Source: Candidatus Binatia bacterium (GTDB taxonomy: Bacteria > Desulfobacterota > Binatia > UBA9968 > JAJDTQ01). Taken from it: a DNA stretch of 64,000 nucleotides. The notes below the pieces were generated by a model that had not been told where the DNA came from, made no database searches, and saw only the letters and a program-made list of their open reading frames with translations. Shown here piece after piece: positions 1 to 9,300 of this stretch. The stretch is from contig OY762897.2 of assembly GCA_963666515.2 (NCBI GenBank), positions 2,048,001 to 2,112,000 on the forward strand, given 5' to 3'. How positions within the stretch are numbered: the stretch's first letter is position 1; each line of letters begins with the position of its first letter. The position numbers and the translations under genes were made by a program.

Positions 1-132
1 ACCCCTAACGAAGACAACATCTACCACGCCGACATCTTCCTGAATTTGCCGCACGACGGCGAACGGCGAGACGCGCAGAAACAACATGCTAACGAGTTGG
101 CGGCGCGTGCGGGTTGGCGTGATGCGCCGTGA
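1..132 (+). CDS. 3' end of a hypothetical protein (partial, enters from left edge)
   Basis: Open frame 1-132 TPNEDNIYHADIFLNLPHDGERRDAQKQHANELAARAGWRDAP* ending at TGA 130-132; no start in window. Confidence 0.45.
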   Translation, partial: TPNEDNIYHADIFLNLPHDGERRDAQKQHANELAARAGWRDAP

Positions 133-272
133 GGGAACCTGCGAAGCCACCTCCGGCAGGTCTGCTTTGGCGAAATGTTTTGGCCAGAAACGATAGACAA
201 ATGCCGAGCGTTCCGATATCGTTTTTGCGTTGATGTACCCTCATGTCCCACCGGCACGTGGGGATCTTTATG

Positions 273-310
273 AACGGGGCTGTGTTTCACGCCGCCCCGT
301 TTCTGTTTTG
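273..310 (+). terminator. Possible intrinsic terminator between convergent genes
   Basis: AACGGGGC...GCCCCGTT stem followed by TCTGTTTT. Confidence 0.35.
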
Positions 311-331
311 GGGACAAATGGCGACGCCCTA

Positions 332-1474
332 TTAGCGCCGGATCACCCGGAAGCGCGCCATGAAGCGGCTGTCGAGGTAGTCCTTGAAACGCCAGCACCA
401 GCGGGCGTGGGCGGCCCATCCCTTGTAGTCCATCAGGGCCTTGCCGTCGCCGGTGTTGAGGAGCCTGAGGAAGTCATGCTGGGGTTCGTAGGGAGAGAGG
501 GACTCGCCGCGCACCAGCGCGCCGATGTTGCGCCACAGAACCGGGCCCTGGCGGACGGCGTACACGCCGGCCTTGGGGACGGAGGCATCCGCCATGGTGC
601 CGCTATCCCCTACGGCGAAGACACTATCCGAGCCGGTGGACTGGAGGGTGTCACGCGTCAGCAGAAAGCCGCGAGGGTCCTTCGGCAAGGTGGTGTTATC
701 CAGTACGGAAGGCGGCGCTGCTCCGGCGGCCAGGATCACGAGGTCCGCGGGAATGCGGCGGCCGTCGGCGCACACCGTTTCCTGTGGGTCGACGCGGGTG
801 ACACGGGTGCCCGTGATCACCTCCACGCCGCGGGTTGCCAGTAGCGCCTCCGCCCGGGGCAGAGCCCGTGGCGAAAGGCCGCTGCCGATGCGCTCTCCCG
901 CGTCGACGATGGTGACGGTGTGGCGCACTTCACCCAGCACGCGGCGCAGGTAGGAAGGCAGGCAAAAGCTGATCTCGATGCCGCCGACGCCGCCGCCGAT
1001 GACCAATATCCGCAGTTCCTGACGATCCCGCCGTTCCAGTTCCTGGAGCCGTTCGTACAAGCGCATGAGGAACGTCTGCATGGGTTTGATGGGAACCCAC
1101 GCGCCAGCTTCCGAGTCGATTCCGGCGCGGTTGGGCACCGAGCCCACGCCCACGGAGAGGATGTCGTAGGGCACGGGCTCGTGCTTCTCGAAGAGGACGG
1201 TTTGCGCCTCCACGTCCACACCCACGGCCGGCTCCACCACCAGCTCGGCCCGTGCCGCTTGGGCGAGGCTGCGAAGGTCAATCTCGAGGGTGCCGGGGGT
1301 GTACTGGCCGGACAGAGCGCCGGGCAGCATGCCGGAATAGGTGGCGACGGCGAAGCTCGACACGCACACGAGGCGGGCGCCCGGAAGGGGGGCGCGCCGC
1401 CACATGTCCAGGACGTGGGCGTTGGTGTGGCCGATGCCGAGGAGGACGATCCGCGGCTCGTCAGAGAATCGCAC
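332..1474 (-). CDS. FAD-dependent pyridine nucleotide-disulfide oxidoreductase (family usually fused N-terminal to SelD)
   Basis: N-terminal LLGIGHTNAHVL, YSGMLPG, GGGVGGIE Rossmann motif, FAVGDS, PKAGVYAVRQGP, C-terminal KDYLDSRFM. Confidence 0.8.
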   Translation of the reverse strand: MRFSDEPRIVLLGIGHTNAHVLDMWRRAPLPGARLVCVSSFAVATYSGMLPGALSGQYTPGTLEIDLRSLAQAARAELVVEPAVGVDVEAQTVLFEKHEPVPYDILSVGVGSVPNRAGIDSEAGAWVPIKPMQTFLMRLYERLQELERRDRQELRILVIGGGVGGIEISFCLPSYLRRVLGEVRHTVTIVDAGERIGSGLSPRALPRAEALLATRGVEVITGTRVTRVDPQETVCADGRRIPADLVILAAGAAPPSVLDNTTLPKDPRGFLLTRDTLQSTGSDSVFAVGDSGTMADASVPKAGVYAVRQGPVLWRNIGALVRGESLSPYEPQHDFLRLLNTGDGKALMDYKGWAAHARWCWRFKDYLDSRFMARFRVIRR

Positions 1475-2072
1475 GGACGGACGGGCGCGCCGTCATGCGC
1501 TGGTACCACGCATCGAGCAGCGGCAGGCTCGGGTCCGGCAGGATGCCCCACTGGACGTGGCGCATGACCCGCGGGAAGTGGGCCGCATCGAGGAGCGAGA
1601 AGTCGCCGGCCATATAATCGCGGCCTTCAAGCTCCTTCTCCAGCGGTTGCAGTTCCTCGATGAAGCGGGCCTTGGCCGCGGCCAGGGCGCCGGCGTCGCG
1701 CTCACCCTCGGCCTTCATCATCTCGGCGCGGATGGCCTGATGGCTGTCGTTGGTGTGGACGATGCCGTAGTCGATGAGGATGCGGATGCGCGCGCGTGTG
1801 GAGGGGTCGGCGGGCAGCAGCGACGGGTCCGGGTACCTGTCCTCCAGGTACTCGTTGATGATGCAGGACTCGTAGAGCACCGTGTCGCCGTCCACCAGCA
1901 CCGGCACCTTGCCGTAGGGATTCATGGCGAGGTACTCGGGCGCCTTCTGCTCCCGCTTGCGCAGGTCCACGGGGACGGTCTCGTAGGACAGCCCCTTCTC
2001 TTCCAGCACAACCTTCACCCGCTGGCAGTTGGGCGAGGTCGCGAAGTCGTACAGCTTGATGGCGTCGCTCAT
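1461..2072 (-). CDS. Glutathione S-transferase family protein
   Basis: Start re-assigned to MSDAIKLY (ATG 2072, GAGGAG RBS); SPNCQRV, NPYGKVPVL, LYESCIINEYLE, FSLLD motifs. Confidence 0.9.
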   Translation of the reverse strand: MSDAIKLYDFATSPNCQRVKVVLEEKGLSYETVPVDLRKREQKAPEYLAMNPYGKVPVLVDGDTVLYESCIINEYLEDRYPDPSLLPADPSTRARIRILIDYGIVHTNDSHQAIRAEMMKAEGERDAGALAAAKARFIEELQPLEKELEGRDYMAGDFSLLDAAHFPRVMRHVQWGILPDPSLPLLDAWYQRMTARPSVRAIL

Positions 2073-2089
2073 ATCGGGCTCCTCTCGGT

Positions 2090-3571
2090 CTACTTTTGCC
2101 GGTGGCCGCGCACGACCCGGTCCAGTTCGTCCTTCCACCTGCCGGACACGGCGTCGTGGGTCTCCCTGTCGATTTGGCTCACCGCGGGGAACTGGTCTTT
2201 CCACTCGAAGGGCCGGGTGGCGTCGATGATGGCGCGGGAGTTTAGGCCCTTCTTGTCACGCGGGATGATGGGGTCCAGCGGGCCGCTCCAGGTGCGGCGG
2301 ATGATGTCGATGGACTCCTCGGGGTTGGAGCGGGTGCACATGGCCCACACCACCTCGTTCAGGTTGGTGATGTCCACGTCGTCGTCCACCACCACCACGT
2401 AGCGGCCGAGATAGGCCCCGGCGTGGCACTGGGCGGCCATGAGCGCCGCCTGCTTGGCATGGCCGGGGTAGCGCTGGCGGATGGAGACGACGATCATGAA
2501 GCGCTGGGCCGGCGGCGGCACGTACACCCCGACGACGTCCGGCACCCCGCCCCTCTCGACCCCGTTCCAGATCATGGCCGAGCGCAGCATGGAACGGTAC
2601 ATGCCGTGGATGGTGGGCCGGAACGGCGGCGCGCCGGTGAGGATGGGATCGTCCCGGTGATAGAGGGCCTTCAACTGCACCACCGGCTCGGCCCGCCGTG
2701 CGCTGGCGTAGTAGCCGGTCCACTCGCCGAAGGGACCCTCGGGACGGGTGTCGCCGGGGACGATCTCCCCTTCCACCACGATCTCCGCGGCCGCCGGCAC
2801 CCGCAGCCCGGTAAGCGGCGCCTCGATGACGCTCAGCGGCTGCTCCACCAGGCCGCCGGCCCAGGCGTACTCGCTCACGCCGGGGGGCACCGCCTGGGAG
2901 GCGGCCACGAACATCAGCGGGTGCTGGCCGAAGGCCATGGCCACCTGCACCGGCTTGCCCGCCCGGAGCGTCTTCTCCATGTGCATGCGGCCGTGCTTGC
3001 CCGGCGAGATGTAGAGCGCCAGCTTGTCCGCCTCGTGCACCATGACCCGGTAGCAGCCGACGTTCTCCTCGCCGGTCTCCGGGTCCCGCGTGACCACCAG
3101 GTGGGCGGTGCCGAGATAGCGTCCGCCGTCGCCGGAGTGCCAGCGCGGCACCGGGATGTCCAGGATGTTGATGTCCTTGCCGGTCTTGCGGTTCTCCATC
3201 ACCGGACCGGTCGCCAGCACGCGCGGCTCCAGGGGCTCTAGACCCGCCAAGCGCGTGCGAAGCCGGTCGATGACCTCGATGGTGCTTAGGTCCAGGGGCA
3301 GATTCAAGGTGAGCGCGGTGCGCTCCATGGTCTCCATCATGTTTGCGAGGACGCGGCCCTTGCCCTCGTGTTCCACCACGTCCTCGAACAGCAGCGCCGG
3401 CGGAGTCGGCGTGCGCTCACAGATGATCTCGTTGAGCGCGCCCACCTCCAGGTCCCAATGGGCGCCGGAGATGCGCTCCAACTGGCCGATCTCCTCCACC
3501 TGTCCGAGCCACACGCGCAGATCGTCGAAGGCGGTCAACTCGGCGTCCTGTATACGTTGCGGTCTTGCCAT
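2090..3571 (-). CDS. UbiD-family prFMN-dependent (de)carboxylase
   Basis: PALLFE, DGGRYLGT, NVGCYR, EGPFGEWTGYY, VVVVDDDVD, VVWAMCTR, IIDATRP. Confidence 0.9.
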   Translation of the reverse strand: MARPQRIQDAELTAFDDLRVWLGQVEEIGQLERISGAHWDLEVGALNEIICERTPTPPALLFEDVVEHEGKGRVLANMMETMERTALTLNLPLDLSTIEVIDRLRTRLAGLEPLEPRVLATGPVMENRKTGKDINILDIPVPRWHSGDGGRYLGTAHLVVTRDPETGEENVGCYRVMVHEADKLALYISPGKHGRMHMEKTLRAGKPVQVAMAFGQHPLMFVAASQAVPPGVSEYAWAGGLVEQPLSVIEAPLTGLRVPAAAEIVVEGEIVPGDTRPEGPFGEWTGYYASARRAEPVVQLKALYHRDDPILTGAPPFRPTIHGMYRSMLRSAMIWNGVERGGVPDVVGVYVPPPAQRFMIVVSIRQRYPGHAKQAALMAAQCHAGAYLGRYVVVVDDDVDITNLNEVVWAMCTRSNPEESIDIIRRTWSGPLDPIIPRDKKGLNSRAIIDATRPFEWKDQFPAVSQIDRETHDAVSGRWKDELDRVVRGHRQK

Positions 3572-3591
3572 GGGTCACCTCTCGATTCGCG

Positions 3592-4599
3592 CTATTCCAG
3601 CTCCGTCAGGTCCCAGCTTGCGGGTGCGAACAGTTCCTCGGGGGAGAGGTTGCGCTCGCAGATCCCCTGGGCCTCGCAGTATTCGATGAACGTGTTGAGG
3701 ACGTCGCGGTTGGCGTCGAGGCCGTAGGGACACGGATCGCCGCCGAACACCGCGTGTTCCTGCTCCAGAGCGTGCTGCCGCCACGCCATCACGTTGCTCG
3801 GCATGTCGGCGAACCATTGTCGCGCCTGCCGCTTCGCCCGGCTGAACAGTTCGAAGAGGGCAGCAGGTACGTCCGGGTATTGCTCCACCACCGATTTCTT
3901 CACCGCCAGCACGTGCATGATCGGGAGTATCCGGGTCTTCTTGAAGTACTCCGCCTCGACGTCCCGGTAGTCCTCGAACAGGCGCTTCAGTGCCGGATCG
4001 GCCAGCAGCGGCGGAAGTTGCGTCTCCGTCACCCCCAGCATGTCCAGCCGTCCCTCGCGCAGCGCGCGCATGGCCCGCTCGGCGGCGCTCCCCTCCCCTT
4101 GCAGCACCTCGATGACGGCGCCGCCCGGAAGCGTCACCGAGGTGTCGGTAACGCCGTCGTCCCAGTGATGCAGCGACGCCGCGTGCCATTGGGAATTCTT
4201 CGGCGTCACGCCGTACTCGTCCGTGAGCATGCCCCGTATCCACACCGCGGCGGTCTGCACCCAGCGCAGGAAGCCCAGGCGCTTGCCCACGAGGTCCTGC
4301 GGCGCATCGATGCCCGCGTCGCGCCGCACCACGATGAAGCCGTGCCGGAACATGCGCGACGGGAACACCGGAATGCCGATGAAGTCGTTCTGGTTGCGCG
4401 ACGTGTAGTAGATCAGCTCGGCCAGGGACATCTCAGAGACGTCGAACTCGCCCCGGTACATGGCCGCGAACATGCCCTGCACGCTCACCTGCTCCACCGG
4501 CTCCAGCTCGATTCCGGGCGCGGTCAGGAGGCCGCGCAGAATGGCATTGGTGCCGTCGTAGTTGCGGCACGCAAGACGGAGGTGGCAGGGATCAGGCAT
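3592..4599 (-). CDS. 4,5-dihydroxyphthalate decarboxylase-like protein (solute-binding-protein fold)
   Basis: LACRNYD, FDVSEMSL, IPVFPSRMFRHG, QTAAVWIRGML, PIMHVL, PYGLDANR. Confidence 0.8.
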   Translation of the reverse strand: MPDPCHLRLACRNYDGTNAILRGLLTAPGIELEPVEQVSVQGMFAAMYRGEFDVSEMSLAELIYYTSRNQNDFIGIPVFPSRMFRHGFIVVRRDAGIDAPQDLVGKRLGFLRWVQTAAVWIRGMLTDEYGVTPKNSQWHAASLHHWDDGVTDTSVTLPGGAVIEVLQGEGSAAERAMRALREGRLDMLGVTETQLPPLLADPALKRLFEDYRDVEAEYFKKTRILPIMHVLAVKKSVVEQYPDVPAALFELFSRAKRQARQWFADMPSNVMAWRQHALEQEHAVFGGDPCPYGLDANRDVLNTFIEYCEAQGICERNLSPEELFAPASWDLTELE

Positions 4600-4604
4600 G
4601 GGAA

Positions 4605-4644
4605 CCCGTTCGTCCTGAGCGTAGCGAAGCGGAGTCGAAGGACG
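4605..4644. repeat. Intergenic palindromic REP-like element (CCGTTCGTCCTGAGC...TCGAAGGACG type)
   Basis: CCCGTTCGTCCTGAGCGTAGCGAAGCGGAGTCGAAGGACG; CGTCCT/AGGACG arms; single copy in window. Confidence 0.5.
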
Positions 4645-4662
4645 CTGTTGCGACGCGGACCA

Positions 4663-6267
4663 TCAGCCCGGTTTCACCCGGCGCTGAGCCAGCTTGGCGC
4701 CGGTCTGGAGGTAGTCGCTCTTTACCGCGAGCTGCGCCTCCTCTTCCCACTCGTCGTCCCACTGGCCCAACGAGTAGCCGTACCACGGCGCCTGGGGTTC
4801 CAGCGGCGGCAGCTCCAGCCGGTTCCACAGTTCCAGGGCGTGCTCCATGAACTCGCGCTTGGGCAGCGAGATGGGCGGGAACGGCTCCTTGAGGATGGCG
4901 TTGATGAGCATCCCCGAATCGGTGGCCGGCTGGTAGAACATCTCCTTGGCCGTGACGAGGTGGCCCTCGTCCTCGAACGGCGGCGAGTGGCCCTTGACCC
5001 GGCCCGGCAGGATCAGCACGTCCTGGTGGGGCTTGGAGCGGTAGCAGATGGCCCACCACACCGCGTCCAGGTTGTGGGGGTCGATGTCGTCGTCCACCGC
5101 GATGGCGATCTTGCCGACCCCGTGCTGGTAGTTGGCGATGCTGTTCAGGGCGCGCCAGACGTCCCCTTCCGCGGGCTTGCTCATCTGCACGATGACGAGC
5201 TTGCGCAGGTTGGTGAGGGGCTCGTGCATGGCCACCTGGGTGACGCTCTTGATGCCCACGGTGTCCCGCAGGTAGCGGCGCAGCAGCGGCTCGTAGCCTA
5301 CCTTCTTGATGACGCTGGATTCGCTGGGGGTCACCTGGCTGATGAACGAGCACAACACGGGCTTGCGCTTCATGGTGATGGCGGTCACCTCCATGAACGG
5401 CGACACCGTGCGCGGGTGCAGGTAGCCGTGGGACTCGCCGAAGGGGCCTTCGGGCTCCACGAAGTCCGTGTTGATGAGCCCCTCGATGACGATCTCGGCG
5501 TTGTCCGGCACCTCGATGTCCACGGTCTTGCAGCGCACCAGCCGCACGGGCTCCCCCGCCAGGCCGCCGGCGATGCCCATCTCGTCCACCCCGGGCGGCA
5601 CCTTCTGCACGGTGCCGTAGGAGACCACCGGCGGCGCCCCCACCACCAGCGCCGCGTGCAGCGGCTTGCCGCGCTCCCGGCACTTGTCCCAGTGCGGGAA
5701 GATGTGCTGGTGCATGCCGGCGTACATGCCCACGCGCTTCTGGCTCTTGATCTGTCCGCGGTAGTTGCCCTGGTTGCGGATGCCTGTCTCCGGGTCCTTG
5801 GTGAACCAGTGGGAGCAGGTGGTGTAGGGGGCGTTGTCGAACCCCGGCGTAGAGATGGGCACCGGAAGCTGGAGCAGCCCGCCGCCCTCGATGTCGAGGT
5901 CGGCGCCCTGCAGCACCACCTCATGCACCGGACCGGAATCGACGATGGCCGGCTCGATGGGATTGGCCAGGGCATGCGCCCAAAGCTCGGGAATCTCGTC
6001 CACCGGGCGCTGCAGCCCCACCGAGTACACTTGCGGCGAGGCCGCCAGCGCGGCCACCGCCACCGGCATGTCGTAGGCGCGCCCGTGACTGTCCACCACG
6101 TTCTCGAACAGGAACGCCTTGCGCTCCGCCTCGGGCAGCCCGCCGCGGAACTGCCAGCGCACCAGCGGGTGCATCTCCGTGTCCTTGTTGATGGGGTGGC
6201 GGATGCGCAAAAGCAGTCCGGCGGACTCCAGGTTGGAAAGGTGCTCTTGAAGGTCGGGATAGGACAT
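4663..6267 (-). CDS. UbiD-family prFMN-dependent (de)carboxylase
   Basis: YPDLQEHL...MHPLVRWQFRGG, TKDPETGIRNQGNYR, EPEGPFGESHGY, AVDDDIDP. Confidence 0.9.
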   Translation of the reverse strand: MSYPDLQEHLSNLESAGLLLRIRHPINKDTEMHPLVRWQFRGGLPEAERKAFLFENVVDSHGRAYDMPVAVAALAASPQVYSVGLQRPVDEIPELWAHALANPIEPAIVDSGPVHEVVLQGADLDIEGGGLLQLPVPISTPGFDNAPYTTCSHWFTKDPETGIRNQGNYRGQIKSQKRVGMYAGMHQHIFPHWDKCRERGKPLHAALVVGAPPVVSYGTVQKVPPGVDEMGIAGGLAGEPVRLVRCKTVDIEVPDNAEIVIEGLINTDFVEPEGPFGESHGYLHPRTVSPFMEVTAITMKRKPVLCSFISQVTPSESSVIKKVGYEPLLRRYLRDTVGIKSVTQVAMHEPLTNLRKLVIVQMSKPAEGDVWRALNSIANYQHGVGKIAIAVDDDIDPHNLDAVWWAICYRSKPHQDVLILPGRVKGHSPPFEDEGHLVTAKEMFYQPATDSGMLINAILKEPFPPISLPKREFMEHALELWNRLELPPLEPQAPWYGYSLGQWDDEWEEEAQLAVKSDYLQTGAKLAQRRVKPG

Positions 6268-6290
6268 GTTCGGTATCGCGTTCGTGATTG

Positions 6291-6337
6291 CGCCAGCGAT
6301 GAACCCCCATGTAGGGGCGACCCGCGGTCGCCCCTAG
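6291..6337. repeat. GTAG-type REP element, copy 1
   Basis: CGCCAGCGATGAACCCCCATGTAGGGGCGACCCGCGGTCGCCCCTAG; hairpin TAGGGGCGACC-CGC-GGTCGCCCCTA; near-identical copies at 19051 and 24651-24724. Confidence 0.8.
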
Positions 6338-7362
6338 GAACCGTTGCCGCCGGGACGCTGCTCTTCCCGGTAAAGCTCCAGCGCTTCCAGCACCGGCCGG
6401 TCGTTCATGGTGAAGAGCACCGCCTCCTCGTCAAACGGGTTCTCGTGCCGGTGCCACTGCCAGTTGGGGATCATGAACGAGTCGCCCTTCTCCCACTCCA
6501 GGTACCCCTCGCCCACCGCGGTCCGGCCGCGCCCGCGGAACACGTGGTACAGCGACGTGCTGGTGTGCCGGTGGGTGCCGGTGACCCAGCCGGGCTTGAG
6601 CATCTGCGCCTCGCACGACAGGGTCGCCATGGTGTAGCCGCCGGTCACCGGGTTGATGTAGCGCACCAGGTGGCCGTCGAAGAGGTCAGCCTCGGCGTCG
6701 GCGATGTTGTGGAGCGACGCGTCGGTGTCCTCCCAGCGGTAGCGGAACGGCAGCCCCCGGCCGGGCGATTCCGCGTGAGCCGGCGGGCGGGCGAAGCCGA
6801 AGCGCATCTGCGCGTCGCCGTCGGCGCGGCTCACGCCTTGGGTGTCCTTGTCGTAGTTCTCGAAGAACAGCACGTTCAGCGCGTTGATGAGCGGACCGTC
6901 CAGGCCGTCGAGCCACACGATAGGCTCGCTGGACTCGTTGTGGTGCTCGTGCCAGGTCCAGTTGGGGGTGAGGATCAGGTCGCCCTCGTGCATGGGGAAG
7001 CGCTCGCCCTCCACCAGCGTGAAGGCGCCGCTCCCCTTCACCACGAAACGGATAGCCGCCATGTTGTGGCGGTGCGGCCGCGCGACCTCGCCGGGGTTCA
7101 CCACCGAGAACGTGAACAGCAAAGTCCGGGAGGTGGCGCGGGTGGGGTTCTGGGGGTTCACCAGCCGTATGGCCCGGCGCTCCGCCAACTCCAACCCGAC
7201 CGACTCCTTGGCGTCCATCAGGCAGGGATAGACCTCCCGCCACTTCCACAGGTACGGCGCCTCGTCCTGGTGCTCGGGCGTGCGCGTGTTCCAGAAGCCC
7301 GAGAGGTCGTGCTCGGCCAGTGACTCGTTGAGGTCCTTGAGGTCCATCTTCATGGGAATCAT
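6334..7362 (-). CDS. Gentisate 1,2-dioxygenase-like bicupin ring-cleaving dioxygenase
   Basis: YLWKW, AERRAIRLVNP, PHRHNMAAIRF, GDLILTPNWTWHEH, WLDGLD, YINPVTGG, HRHTS. Confidence 0.9.
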   Translation of the reverse strand: MIPMKMDLKDLNESLAEHDLSGFWNTRTPEHQDEAPYLWKWREVYPCLMDAKESVGLELAERRAIRLVNPQNPTRATSRTLLFTFSVVNPGEVARPHRHNMAAIRFVVKGSGAFTLVEGERFPMHEGDLILTPNWTWHEHHNESSEPIVWLDGLDGPLINALNVLFFENYDKDTQGVSRADGDAQMRFGFARPPAHAESPGRGLPFRYRWEDTDASLHNIADAEADLFDGHLVRYINPVTGGYTMATLSCEAQMLKPGWVTGTHRHTSTSLYHVFRGRGRTAVGEGYLEWEKGDSFMIPNWQWHRHENPFDEEAVLFTMNDRPVLEALELYREEQRPGGNGS

Positions 7363-7398
7363 GTTCCAGAGGCTATACGGTCCGGCTCAGCCTCTTCT

Positions 7399-7432
7399 CT
7401 GGATTCCGGCTTCCGCCGGAATGACGGATTCG
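7399..7432. repeat. Palindromic repeat CTGGATTCCGGCTTCCGCCGGAATGACGGATTCG, copy 1
   Basis: 34-bp identical copy at 40377-40410; ATTCCGGC-TTCC-GCCGGAAT hairpin. Confidence 0.8.
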
Positions 7433-7472
7433 ACCGTTGTCGCTCGAAAACACCAATCGCAGGCGGCGAAAC

Positions 7473-8180
7473 CTACGGCATCCGCGCCATGGCCGTGGCC
7501 ATGCCGCCGAAGTAGGCCCGGTGGAGATCCATGGATTCCCTGGCGGTGTTCAGCACACCGTCCTCGCCGCCCTTGGGCACGTAGCGTTCCAGGATGTCCA
7601 GGAACATCTCCGAGTGCTTCTCGTCCGCGGCCCGGTGGGCGGTGAAGTTGGGCATCTGCTCGTCGGTGAACTTCAGGTCCCTGCTCCAGCTTTCGTACAG
7701 CCGGCCGCAATTGCCGCCGCCGAGGTCGCCCAGCAGGCGGTCGTCGTTGGTCCACTCCGCGATGGTGGACGCAGCCAGCGCCTCCTGCCACGGACGCGTG
7801 CGCGCGATCCAGAACCAGCCGAACACCGCCGCCCGGGTGGTGGGCAGCGGCTCGGCATCCACCACTTCCTGCTCGCTGAGGCCCACTTCCCGCGCCTGCC
7901 GGAAGATCAGGTCCAGATGGCCGTGGTCCGAGTACTCGTCCTCCACCAGCTCCTCATACTCGTGGGACATGATGCGCTGCTTCACCACGAACACGGGACA
8001 GTTGGCTGCGACCTGGGGCCAGTAGTCCCGCCGGCGCCGGACATAGATGCCCAGTTGCGACAGGTAGAGCTGCGCCCGCTCCATGGTGATGCGGGTGTCG
8101 TAGAACTGCCCCAGTTCCGGGGAGCGGAAGTAATCCCTGACGACCTCGCCCAACTCCTTGCGCCATTCTTTCGGGTTCAT
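7473..8180 (-). CDS. Heme-oxygenase-like diiron oxidase (PqqC/CADD/TenA fold, iron-containing redox enzyme)
   Basis: EEL...H (YEELVEDEYSDHGH), central E (IAEW) and HRAADEKH ligand pattern; PLPTT motif. Confidence 0.7.
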   Translation of the reverse strand: MNPKEWRKELGEVVRDYFRSPELGQFYDTRITMERAQLYLSQLGIYVRRRRDYWPQVAANCPVFVVKQRIMSHEYEELVEDEYSDHGHLDLIFRQAREVGLSEQEVVDAEPLPTTRAAVFGWFWIARTRPWQEALAASTIAEWTNDDRLLGDLGGGNCGRLYESWSRDLKFTDEQMPNFTAHRAADEKHSEMFLDILERYVPKGGEDGVLNTARESMDLHRAYFGGMATAMARMP

Positions 8181-8190
8181 GGCTTTCCTC

Positions 8191-9084
8191 CTAGTCTCGC
8201 GCCGCGGCCAGCGCGTTCCTGAGCCTGCCGACCTGCTCGCTGCTCAGGTCCTTGGTGGGCCAGCGCGGGAAATCCACCACCGGGAGGTCCCGGAGCTTGA
8301 GCGACTCGCGCAGCACCGAGCGGCCCGCGGCCCGCTGCAGGTCGCCGATGACCGCGGTGAACTCGATCACCCGCCGTTGAAGCTCCACCGCCTCCTCCAG
8401 CTTGCCCGTCGTGGTAGCGTCCCACAGGTTCACCAGCAGTTCGGGGATGGCCACGGTCAGCGGGTGGATGGAGCCCGCGAGGCCCCACAGCACCCCGGGC
8501 ATGATCAGCGTGGCAGAGCCGGAGAAGACCGCGCAGCTCGACGGCAGCGCCCGCACGAAAGCAAGCTGCTGCTCCAGCGGGATGAACGACATCTTGATGC
8601 CGCAGGCCTCGGGCACCTCCTCGCACAGCCGCTTGGTCCACGGCGCGGTCATGCGATAGCCGCTGTTCACCGCGTTGTTGTAGATGAACATGGGGTACTG
8701 GATGGCTTCGTAGACCTTGGCATAGTGCGCCAGCACCTCGTCGTCGAGATGGTCGAAGTAGTACGGCGGCACCACGCCAACCACATCCGCGCCCTTGTCC
8801 CTGGCGTCCTTCGACAGATCGATGGTGGTGGGGGTGTCCGCGGTGCCCGCGTGGATCACCACCGGGATGCGGCCGGCCACCCGGTCGATGACGATCTTGG
8901 CCGTGCGCTTGCGCTCGTCCGGCGTCAGCGCGGGACCTTGGCCGAAGGTGCCGAGCACGAACAGGCCGTGCACGCCCGCCTCCACGTAGAAGTCCGTCAG
9001 CGCCAGCACGGCGTTCTCGTCCACCGCGCCGGTATCGGTGAACGGCGTCGGCAGGGGGATGTACATTCCTTTCAGACGTTCCAT
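8191..9084 (-). CDS. Dihydrodipicolinate synthase/N-acetylneuraminate lyase family aldolase
   Basis: LKGMYIPLPTPF, GLFVLGTFGQG, VVPPYY, IYNN, GIKMS Schiff-base Lys. Confidence 0.85.
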   Translation of the reverse strand: MERLKGMYIPLPTPFTDTGAVDENAVLALTDFYVEAGVHGLFVLGTFGQGPALTPDERKRTAKIVIDRVAGRIPVVIHAGTADTPTTIDLSKDARDKGADVVGVVPPYYFDHLDDEVLAHYAKVYEAIQYPMFIYNNAVNSGYRMTAPWTKRLCEEVPEACGIKMSFIPLEQQLAFVRALPSSCAVFSGSATLIMPGVLWGLAGSIHPLTVAIPELLVNLWDATTTGKLEEAVELQRRVIEFTAVIGDLQRAAGRSVLRESLKLRDLPVVDFPRWPTKDLSSEQVGRLRNALAAARD

Positions 9085-9186
9085 GGCATGGCTCCTTGTT
9101 CCAGGTGTCCTGTCTGCTTCTCGGGGAATATGGCGCTGCCGCGCGCCGAGCCGGGACGTACCGGCAACACGGCATCAGTTAGACGG

Positions 9187-9215
9187 GTAATAGGCCCAAC
9201 GGCCCGTGCTGTCAA
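9187..9215 (-). promoter_or_regulatory. Putative sigma70 promoter for the leftward operon starting at 9084
   Basis: Minus strand TTGACA-17 bp-TATTAC. Confidence 0.35.
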
Positions 9216-9300
9216 CAGGACGGACTGATCCGCCGCGGACCCACACGGCGGAAACACGTGCCGGCGAGGCGCATGCATCTCCAGTCTTCAACGCGCGCGA

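Noticed and set aside
332-1474. Selenium utilisation locus / selD
   Set aside because: Only the oxidoreductase domain is present; no SelD kinase domain, tRNA-Sec or in-frame UGA evidence in the window.
2090-6267. Ubiquinone biosynthesis ubiD genes
   Set aside because: Divergent UbiD-family paralogs in a catabolic context with no other ubi genes; symbol not assigned.
3565-7323. 1252-aa plus-strand ORF (also 47702-51613, 40452-42707, 15742-18054 and similar)
   Set aside because: Antisense shadow frames of well-supported genes; expected in high-GC DNA with strong codon bias; no recognisable motifs.
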